The notes beneath the pieces were generated by a model. That model did no database searches. It was not told where the DNA came from and was given only the letters and a program-made list of their open reading frames with translations. This document shows positions 56,565-64,000 of a stretch of 64,000 bases of DNA, piece by piece. The translations under genes were made by a program, and so were the position numbers. The stretch's first letter is position 1. Every line of letters starts with the position of its first letter. This DNA is from a virus. The stretch lies in the IMG/VR virus record IMGVR_UViG_3300047564_001181, positions 31,187 through 95,186 of that record; one strand, 5' to 3'.

Positions 56565-58130
56565 TCATGCTTGCTGTCTTCCAGCACCTTGTTCATTACG
56601 AACTCCAGTGTTAGAATCTCCAGCATTTGCAGACCTTTCTTGGTCTCTTCTTCTATTTCCAGTAGCCTGAGCAGTTTGTTCAGAGGCTTGCTGACCAGTC
56701 ATTTGAACTGGTGTATCTCCACCATCCATCTGCGGAAGTCCAAGTCTTGGTCTAATTTCATTAGGAACAATAACCTTCATTCTTAGATATCTTTCATCAA
56801 TCTTAGACTGTGTATCTTCGTCAGTAAGTGTAAGCTCGTTGAAGTGTAACTTAAATGAGTCTGTTTTTTCGCCAATAATTCTATTAATTTTCTTTTCAAG
56901 CATATCTTGAATTGGTCTACATACCTGCTCTTTAAAGGTTCTATCGAATTCTTTAGCAGCAGCAATTGAAACATTTCCAATGGATGCAACCTTCGAGATA
57001 GGAACTCTGTGAGCCATGAGGATATCCTCAAGTGTGCTTCTTCTGTAGTTGTTGAATGAAGAATCCTGAATACCATTTTCAATAGCTTCTAGCTTAAGCT
57101 CTACCTTGCCGTTTCCGTCATCTGGTGGCAACGGTACAACTACTGTTCTGTGAGATTGTCCCTTTAGCTTATTCTGGAAAAACTCAAATATTTGAGCTTC
57201 TGATTCACGGCTAAGCTTTGCACCCTTAACGATGACCATGTATCTTGGAACTGCTTTGTTTTCAAAATATTCAAGGTTATAGCGTGATGCAAACTCCTGA
57301 CCAGCAATTGAGTTCTTTGCAGGAACTGCTGCTGGAATTCCATAGTAAGTATTTGTTGGTGTGTAATTCTTTAGATGAATAATTTCATTTGGGCGAGGGT
57401 CTGTTCCAATTGGGTTTGGTTGATTAACATCTTGGAAGTTTCTAAAGAATACAGCCTTTCCCTGTTGAATTTGAACAAACCCATCACGAAGTCTACGGAC
57501 ACGAACATTTTGACATGGGATATGACCAATGTATCCAATTTCTCCAGTCGTCTTTCGTCCAATCTCAAGGTATCCGTTACCAGTTGCTTCAAGGTCAATG
57601 AATACTTTTGTAAGAATTGATGTAAAAGTTTCTTCATCATTTCTTGATTCTAGCCACTCTGTAACCTCTTGTTTTTGACGCTCAATCTTTTTACGAGCAC
57701 GAGAAAGTTGTTCTGGTTCATTTATATCTTCAAGTCTTTGCGTAACAGAAAGTGATGGCTCAAGTGTGTATCCAAGACCTACAATGTTTGCTGCTTTAGC
57801 ATTAATTGCCGCATAGTTTGCTGGAGATACTTCATAAATTCTTGCAAGGGCAACCATGTTGTATGGAGGCTCGACAACATCGAATAGTCCATACCCATAC
57901 TTATCTGGAATAATTTGAGAGGTTTCTGCACCATCTCCAGACTGCTCGTTATTGTCAGCCTTCTTTAATTTTCTTTGTGCCTGACGGCGGAAATTGTGAG
58001 AAAGCCCACCAAGTTTAAGATATGAATCTATGGACTTGGAAAACTCGTCAGCAGCTTGAACTAGCGGCTCTCCGTCCGATAATACATCTGTTCTAACATT
58101 GGTGATAAATACTTCGCTATTTTCTTGCAT
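56565..58130 (-). CDS. portal protein
   Basis: 'TGNGYLE', 'NEIIH......YYGIP', 'YFEN.AVP', 'HRVP', 'PNE.R..LGLP...GGD'. Start set at MQEN. Confidence 0.92.
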   Translation of the reverse strand: MQENSEVFITNVRTDVLSDGEPLVQAADEFSKSIDSYLKLGGLSHNFRRQAQRKLKKADNNEQSGDGAETSQIIPDKYGYGLFDVVEPPYNMVALARIYEVSPANYAAINAKAANIVGLGYTLEPSLSVTQRLEDINEPEQLSRARKKIERQKQEVTEWLESRNDEETFTSILTKVFIDLEATGNGYLEIGRKTTGEIGYIGHIPCQNVRVRRLRDGFVQIQQGKAVFFRNFQDVNQPNPIGTDPRPNEIIHLKNYTPTNTYYGIPAAVPAKNSIAGQEFASRYNLEYFENKAVPRYMVIVKGAKLSRESEAQIFEFFQNKLKGQSHRTVVVPLPPDDGNGKVELKLEAIENGIQDSSFNNYRRSTLEDILMAHRVPISKVASIGNVSIAAAKEFDRTFKEQVCRPIQDMLEKKINRIIGEKTDSFKLHFNELTLTDEDTQSKIDERYLRMKVIVPNEIRPRLGLPQMDGGDTPVQMTGQQASEQTAQATGNRRRDQERSANAGDSNTGVRNEQGAGRQQA

Positions 58131-58449
58131 TTTGGAAAAGTTCTCTCCAGTTTCCTGTGTCACCATACGGGGTGTATCCACTTGCCATCCTCTCTACATC
58201 TTCTTTATACTGAGTTTCAGTTGCTCTACCAACTCCAGGCATAAACATAGCCTGTCCGTCTGGTTTTCCGTAATAAGCAGCCGCATCAGCAAGTGCTTTC
58301 ATTTTTTTAATATCATATTGCATTGAGGGAACATTTAGTGTGTTACCTTGGTCGTCCATAAAAGGCTCTCCATTTGGGAGAATCCAGACATAAATACCAT
58401 AATTGGCACTGTTCTGTACCACCTGTATTTTATTTTCTCTTTTTGCCAT
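58117..58449 (-). CDS. hypothetical protein upstream of portal
   Basis: 110-aa ORF; TGGTAGAAT -10 box 6 nt upstream. Confidence 0.75.
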   Translation of the reverse strand: MAKRENKIQVVQNSANYGIYVWILPNGEPFMDDQGNTLNVPSMQYDIKKMKALADAAAYYGKPDGQAMFMPGVGRATETQYKEDVERMASGYTPYGDTGNWRELFQNARK

Positions 58450-58464
58450 GCCACTATTCTACCA

Positions 58465-61400
58465 TTAAATTGTTATTGTTGCTTTAGCAACTAGGTCTGT
58501 TTTCTCTTTTACACCTTCAAAGGTATAGGCATCTACCTTTTTTAGATATGGAGACTCTGCCCATACAAGGTGGGTGCTTGTACTAACCCAGTGAGTTCCT
58601 TTATTTGTTACCCCGTCTTTTACATACACAACACTGCCGACAGAAGGATTGGTCTGTCTTGTAAGGGTTAAGGTTGTAATCTTAGACGGATTATTTGCAT
58701 CTCCATATGTAAATCCTACAATGAATATGCCGTTTTGAGAAGAGGTTGATTGATTTTTCAAAAGAACCCTGTCTCCGTCTTGAATATAGGTTCCATCAAT
58801 TAACAGTTGATTTGTCGTGGGGTCAGTTATTGTAAGATTTCCCGTTGTCCCCGTGAATGGCTCATTGATTCTCGAAGCTAGGTCAACATCTACAAGCAAA
58901 GCAGTCTGAGTGGTTGGAACAGACATTGGCTGATATATCTCTGTATTATTTGATATCTCAGAATCATAGAATATGATTTCGTTGGAGCCTGACGGGTCTA
59001 CAGCAAGCTTATACGCACCCTTATATAGATTATTTATCATTGTAACTTCGGTTAAGGTGATATCTCCAACAGCCCCATCTAAGGTTAGAATCTCGTCTAG
59101 ATAGAAGTCTGATTTATTGGTTGCATGTCCAAAAACAATATCTACATTTGTAGATTCTGCAACTATCATTCTAGCATTAAAGGCAACAACGATATGTGTC
59201 CAAACACCAGCAGTAAAGCTATTTGAAGTGCTTCCATTTACCCAAGCAGTTCCTCCTCCAGAAAGCGTTATGGTTGAGCCACTTGATGTCATTGTTCTAG
59301 TATTTGTCCCATCAGTAACAGTAAATAATGTTCTTGTGTCAGAATCTGGGATGTTAACAAAGAAACTTAATCCTAGTAAGCCAGATGTTGAATCGTCTCC
59401 ACTTGTTGTTCCAAGGTCATAGTTAATTTTTGCAGTTCTTCCAACTCTTAATCCACCAACTTCTTCTGTCCAAAAGAATGGTGTTTCTCTATAGTCTGGT
59501 AAGTGTAAATCTTTTTTGGAGTCAGTAAATGTAAGCTCAACATCTGGACCATTACATGTAATTGTAGATGTGTAAACCCCAGAAGATTCTTCTACCTCTA
59601 AAGATGATAATCTAAAGTATGAAACGGTAGTTGGGTTTTCTTCAACATCATTGGAGTTGAATGTCATTGTAATTAGCAACGCTCTTGTCTCTCCAGAGCT
59701 TTTACCCATAATATTTTTGATATGAGTTCTGTTGGTTATAGTCTCAGATGTAAACCATGTGTCATCAGCCTCTTGATATATTTGATTAAATGATGAATAG
59801 TCTGTATCTAATTGGGAGTAAGAAGAGTATTCCGTATCAAGTGCTGAGTAGTCTGCGTATGGCTCTATTACCGTATTTCCAATTGGAGTGGCTGTAACCG
59901 TTAGTTCTGCACTATCGTGTCCCCATTCAACTCTATTTGGTCCAATAATTCCATTTACGCCGTCTAGTCTTTTAGCATCAATTTTAAACTTTATCCAACC
60001 AGTTGATTTAACCACAAATCTTTTTTGTGTTGAGTTAAATTCTGCAGTATATTTATTAATTCTGGTATTTGCATCAGTATATATTCCAGAGCTGGTAGAT
60101 GTTATGTTTGTATCTAGTTGAACTACTTTTTGTAGACCGCCATTAAATCTTTCTATTTCTGAGTCCGTCAGGTCTGCAATGTTTTCTTTTTCGTCAAAAA
60201 TATTGTTAGACATAAATCTTAAGTTTGCGGAATACGCAATTGGGAATAGTCCAGGATTTTCAAATGTTGTTTGTGCTCCAGTTCCACCACTAACCTGTTG
60301 AAATATTGTAATTTCATTAGATGTTGAATTAAAGAAATATCCAACCGAAAAGCTTCCATTGATTCCACCAGAAATTGTAGAGCCAATTTTTGTTCCACCA
60401 TCATTATTGATTTGATAGTAGATTCCTTCACCGCTTGCTTCTTTAAGAATGTATATTTTTAAGAAGTATTCATCATTTATTGGGTCTTGTAAAACCATTA
60501 AGGTTTTAACATCTCCAGTTGTTGGCGAAGTTTGTGCCGTTGTCTTGTGGAATACCCCAGCAAAACCACTTCCATTTGGTGTAGAATCTGAAGAACTTGT
60601 TTTTACATAACTTCCATACCTTTGTGGATTAATCTCAACAAGCCCACCGACATCCATTCTTAGTCCTTGTGTTCCGTCCCATGAGAATACGCTAGATGTT
60701 TTATCTTCTGTGTATTTCATTGATGGCTGTTCAAAGTTATTAATTCTTAGGTGGTCTTTTTCAATAACTAAATTGTTTGACTCTGTGTTGTTCATCCAAG
60801 AAGAACCATTGTATTTTTGAATAACTCCAGCAAACTTTGATTGTGCTAGAGAAAGATTATATCTGTATCCACCAAAATTGCCAGCTAGTGATTCTGGAAC
60901 TTCATATCCTAGTCCGTATACCATGTGTCTTCTTGCCGTAAGAGTAGTCATTGCATATGCATAAATAGCAATATCGTCTAAAGCATAATCTAATCCAAAG
61001 TGGAAAAATCTAAATACATCACTTGCTAACACATAAGATGTAGACAAAATGTTATTTTTAAATTGAACTGTTTTTCCTATCCCGTTTACAATCAGGGATA
61101 CTGAGTCTTCTTTATAGACAAATGCAACATGAAATGGCTTAGACATATTTTCAACTGGAACTACTACTTTTGTTACATTCCCAGCGGTATCTCCAACAAT
61201 GCCAATAAAGGAAGAGTTATGAACATATACGCCAGTCTGGGAACTATCCTTTCCTACAATCTTTTGCATTGTAGATGTTGATAAAGTCGTTTTAGGTTTT
61301 ATCCAAAACTCTAGAGTCATTGGGTCTGCTTTATATCTGGTTGTAGCAAATCCCATTGCTGGAATCTGTACTGCACCCAATGTAGCCGTAGCATTATTTT

Positions 61401-61650
61401 GAGTAATATAAATTGACCTTGACTGGGTTTCAGCAGATGTTCTTCTTCTATAGCTGGTTGAACTATTTATGATTGGAAAGCTTTTTGCTGTGCAGGTTGC
61501 CCTATATGTTCCATTTGTAGATGTGCTTGAGTTTGGAAACTCTAATAGGTATCCGTCCTGATAAATTGTATTCCCAGAAGAAATGCCAGAATCATCAAGC
61601 TTCCAAGTGATTAAAGGCAAATCTTTTTGAATATTAAAGGAATAGGACAT
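58465..61650 (-). CDS. large LamG/concanavalin-like virion protein
   Basis: 'W.LDD', 'TLEFWIK', 'HVAFVY....SLIVNG', 'DDIAIY'; second 'WTHIVV' domain; C-terminal 'GDRVLLKNQ....NGI' fibre motif. Confidence 0.7.
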   Translation of the reverse strand: MSYSFNIQKDLPLITWKLDDSGISSGNTIYQDGYLLEFPNSSTSTNGTYRATCTAKSFPIINSSTSYRRRTSAETQSRSIYITQNNATATLGAVQIPAMGFATTRYKADPMTLEFWIKPKTTLSTSTMQKIVGKDSSQTGVYVHNSSFIGIVGDTAGNVTKVVVPVENMSKPFHVAFVYKEDSVSLIVNGIGKTVQFKNNILSTSYVLASDVFRFFHFGLDYALDDIAIYAYAMTTLTARRHMVYGLGYEVPESLAGNFGGYRYNLSLAQSKFAGVIQKYNGSSWMNNTESNNLVIEKDHLRINNFEQPSMKYTEDKTSSVFSWDGTQGLRMDVGGLVEINPQRYGSYVKTSSSDSTPNGSGFAGVFHKTTAQTSPTTGDVKTLMVLQDPINDEYFLKIYILKEASGEGIYYQINNDGGTKIGSTISGGINGSFSVGYFFNSTSNEITIFQQVSGGTGAQTTFENPGLFPIAYSANLRFMSNNIFDEKENIADLTDSEIERFNGGLQKVVQLDTNITSTSSGIYTDANTRINKYTAEFNSTQKRFVVKSTGWIKFKIDAKRLDGVNGIIGPNRVEWGHDSAELTVTATPIGNTVIEPYADYSALDTEYSSYSQLDTDYSSFNQIYQEADDTWFTSETITNRTHIKNIMGKSSGETRALLITMTFNSNDVEENPTTVSYFRLSSLEVEESSGVYTSTITCNGPDVELTFTDSKKDLHLPDYRETPFFWTEEVGGLRVGRTAKINYDLGTTSGDDSTSGLLGLSFFVNIPDSDTRTLFTVTDGTNTRTMTSSGSTITLSGGGTAWVNGSTSNSFTAGVWTHIVVAFNARMIVAESTNVDIVFGHATNKSDFYLDEILTLDGAVGDITLTEVTMINNLYKGAYKLAVDPSGSNEIIFYDSEISNNTEIYQPMSVPTTQTALLVDVDLASRINEPFTGTTGNLTITDPTTNQLLIDGTYIQDGDRVLLKNQSTSSQNGIFIVGFTYGDANNPSKITTLTLTRQTNPSVGSVVYVKDGVTNKGTHWVSTSTHLVWAESPYLKKVDAYTFEGVKEKTDLVAKATITI

Positions 61651-61668
61651 ATTACCTATTATACCTCA

Positions 61669-63606
61669 TTATACAGATGTAATCTCGCAAGAGCCAGCAA
61701 CGCAAGCAAGTTCTTGAGAGCCAGTTGTCATGTCTTCTGTCTCATAAAGTTTTAGCCAATCCCAATCAAGATTCTGTGGAGTAGTTGAAAGTAGTGCTTC
61801 GTACTCTTCTTTTGTAATCTCAGTATATGGGGCTTGCTGATATGTATGCTCTGAATATGGCAAGAACGATACCCCAGACATTTCATCGATATGCTTATAT
61901 ACCCAAGCACCAACTTCCATCCACTCATGTTCTTTTACAGAAACAGTAATGGAAGGCTTATGCTCTGTCCAGTGTCTTTGATATGTTAACCAAAGTTCTA
62001 GATGCTGAATAGCCGATAGATTCTCACGAAGCAGAGCACCTTCTGGAGCAGCAATTGGGAATGTGAATACCATTGTTGCCGATGGGTTCATAACATCTCT
62101 TTCGGACTTAACTCCCATGTCGTTTAGCAACGCTGTAACAGGGTCTTTGATATCTCCACGAATTGTTCTAGCGTAATATTGTGAGTGCCACGGATGCATA
62201 CCAGAAGATGCATTTGTCAACTGAGATACAGTTCCAGATGGCTTAACGCAAGTGATGGCTGCTGCAGGATTAATTCCAAGTTTTTCAGCCCACTCTGCAT
62301 TTACCTTAACTGAGTGTTCTCTAAGTTCATCTAGCCATTGTGCCAATTTATCGAATCCTTCAGAACCATTAAGAACCTTGTGTGAGAGTTGACCAGTCAG
62401 AGAAACGCCAAGCAATCTTTCTTCTTCACAATTCTTTTGCCATTGCTTACGAAGATACTTAAATCTAGTAAATGTAGACTGAACAGTTCCAAGAATTGTA
62501 GCCAGTTCAGTTTTACGCAATAGGTCTTCCAGCGTGTCAGTATCACGGACAATAACTTCTGTTAGGTTACAGAATTCATACGGACGAAGAATAATCTCTG
62601 AACATGGGTTGGTTCCAAAATCGGATATTTCACGGCGACCATTTTTAGATGCAATCTTTTGTGCGGCTTCACGAGAGAAGATACCACGCTCTCCAGACTT
62701 TGAATCATATAGGGATTTCCATTCAGCCATGAATACTTCCATGGTTGGCTTTTGATTGTACACGGCAGAGTTATTTGCTAGTGCTCTCTGTCCGTTGTAT
62801 TCCCACCAAGCACCAGCTTTTGCTGCTGCCATATTTCTGTCTTCTAGGTCTGACAAAGAAATCATTGCAGAGCGGCGAACGCCACCAACGACAACAACTT
62901 CTGCAATTTTACACATAAGGTCATGTGCTTCTAATGGAGTAATCTTTCTACCAGCCGCACCCTTGATTGTATCAACTGAAAACTTAAATAGTTTTACCAA
63001 AGGTTCTGGTCCACTTGCACGACCACCAAAAGTCTTTAGACGAGCACCAGATGGGCGAACGCCAGAAACATCCCATGTAGGGATTTGACCCTGCCATAGA
63101 AGTGCCAGAAGCTCTCTAAGAGCCTTTGCCCATCCAGCCTTCGAGTCTTCTACGACAATTGTGGTATTTGTTTTTTCAAAGTGCTCATTGACTGCTGGAA
63201 GTTGATTAACATATCTTGTTTCAACAGAGTATCCGACTCCCGTACCACACATCAAAATATACATGGCTTCGTCAAATGAACGAAGTGAGTCTACAGGAAG
63301 ATATGAGCAATTATAAAGACAGGTGTTGTCTCTTTCTAGTGCTGGACCAGCGGTCATTAGACCACGCATCGATGGCATAACTTTTGTATCCAAAATTGCC
63401 TCTCGGATATCTTTAACTACCTCCGAACTGAATTCATATTCGTTATATCGCTTTACAGCATCAAAAATATAATCGACATATCGGTCTACCGTTTCGTCCC
63501 AATTTTCACGGCGACCTTGTTCTTCAATCCATCTTGCATAGCGTGTCTTGTGGATAACTTCCTGATACGCAGTAGGTAGCTTTTTAGCCATATTTTTCAT
63601 CTCCAT
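61669..63606 (-). CDS. nrdJ: class II (adenosylcobalamin-dependent) ribonucleotide reductase
   Basis: 'NCS', 'GGVRRSA', 'TNPCSEI', 'KPSGTVS', C-terminal 'C..GSC'; no beta-subunit gene adjacent. Confidence 0.92.
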   Translation of the reverse strand: MEMKNMAKKLPTAYQEVIHKTRYARWIEEQGRRENWDETVDRYVDYIFDAVKRYNEYEFSSEVVKDIREAILDTKVMPSMRGLMTAGPALERDNTCLYNCSYLPVDSLRSFDEAMYILMCGTGVGYSVETRYVNQLPAVNEHFEKTNTTIVVEDSKAGWAKALRELLALLWQGQIPTWDVSGVRPSGARLKTFGGRASGPEPLVKLFKFSVDTIKGAAGRKITPLEAHDLMCKIAEVVVVGGVRRSAMISLSDLEDRNMAAAKAGAWWEYNGQRALANNSAVYNQKPTMEVFMAEWKSLYDSKSGERGIFSREAAQKIASKNGRREISDFGTNPCSEIILRPYEFCNLTEVIVRDTDTLEDLLRKTELATILGTVQSTFTRFKYLRKQWQKNCEEERLLGVSLTGQLSHKVLNGSEGFDKLAQWLDELREHSVKVNAEWAEKLGINPAAAITCVKPSGTVSQLTNASSGMHPWHSQYYARTIRGDIKDPVTALLNDMGVKSERDVMNPSATMVFTFPIAAPEGALLRENLSAIQHLELWLTYQRHWTEHKPSITVSVKEHEWMEVGAWVYKHIDEMSGVSFLPYSEHTYQQAPYTEITKEEYEALLSTTPQNLDWDWLKLYETEDMTTGSQELACVAGSCEITSV

Positions 63607-63657
63607 AATTCTTCTATTAGAAAACTCAAGCCACCATTCGGTGGCGAGCAGAACCTA

Positions 63658-63686
63658 ATTGTAGCAGAATAAAAGTTAGTGGGCAA
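63658..63686 (-). promoter_or_regulatory. nrdJ promoter
   Basis: TTGCCC-N17-TACAAT with extended TG; followed by a GC-rich leader hairpin at 63630-63645. Confidence 0.6.
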
Positions 63687-63726
63687 GGGTATTGTCAAAA
63701 TAATTTTTGTGTGATAAACTTCTCAA

Positions 63727-63951
63727 GTGGAAATAACAATTCAGGAACTACACAAGTATAACTCTCTAGTTGAGGTCGGAGTTGTTCCAGCGATTCCTTG
63801 TCCCAAAGACTCAACACACATGAGAACACTACCTTGGTTAGATGAAAACGAAAAGGTCTGTCAGAAATGTTTTGCTTGCAACACAAAACTATTTTTAGGT
63901 CAGGATAAAGTAAAAGTAATTAAATACTTAGTCAGAAAGAAAAACTCGTAA
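63727..63951 (+). CDS. small Zn-binding hypothetical protein (only plausible plus-strand gene)
   Basis: CP...H ... C..C; lies in otherwise free space, divergent from nrdJ. Confidence 0.55.
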   Translation: MEITIQELHKYNSLVEVGVVPAIPCPKDSTHMRTLPWLDENEKVCQKCFACNTKLFLGQDKVKVIKYLVRKKNS

Positions 63952-64000
63952 TAATTATTAATATTAATAAATATAATAATTATTATTAATATATTTATAT
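63949..64000. other. pure A/T low-complexity palindromic tract
   Basis: 52 consecutive A/T bases containing TAATAATTATTA palindromes; runs off the window end. Confidence 0.7.

Noticed and set aside
63607-63657. Cobalamin riboswitch or NrdR box upstream of nrdJ
   Set aside because: The leader is only about 50 nt with one hairpin; no B12-box or NrdR palindrome recognised.
1-64000. Stop-codon reassignment, prophage integration or diversity-generating retroelement
   Set aside because: Genes are intact in the standard code; no suppressor tRNA, integrase, host genes or reverse transcriptase were seen in the window.

Overview
The window is a 64-kb segment of a large, AT-rich, tailed dsDNA phage (siphovirus architecture). 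Almost every gene is on the minus strand. WhiB, a DnaE-type polymerase, many apparently leaderless genes and overall gene content point to an actinobacterial host (inference). In transcription order (right to left): class II ribonucleotide reductase; head module (portal, prohead protease/scaffold, major capsid); neck and tail genes with a -1 frameshifted tail chaperone; a 2501-aa tape measure protein (TMP); minor tail genes; replication/recombination genes (helicase, primase, SSB, DnaE, MazG, RecA, Cas4-like nuclease, RuvC); terminase; an RNA cluster; endolysin; repeated tail-fibre/Gly-rich adhesin cassettes; WhiB; glycosyltransferase; FkbM methyltransferase; and the start of a GuaB/GuaC-like gene. 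The RNA cluster holds 4 tRNAs, a short tmRNA and two further structured RNAs. Most notable: (1) the TMP carries a roughly 800-aa non-TMP insert bounded by repeated 'GDKVPALLE.GEFVINK' motifs and punctuated by short GG motifs, including an R-S-E ADP-ribosyltransferase-like domain, suggesting a virion-delivered effector cassette; (2) a tRNA-linked ncRNA cluster with a compact RNA resembling the GOLLD 3' domain, an unknown 145-nt structured RNA and a 258-nt tmRNA; (3) possible head-cargo proteins sharing a domain and a C-terminal motif with the protease/scaffold. All calls come from reading the sequence; no database searches or folding programs were run.
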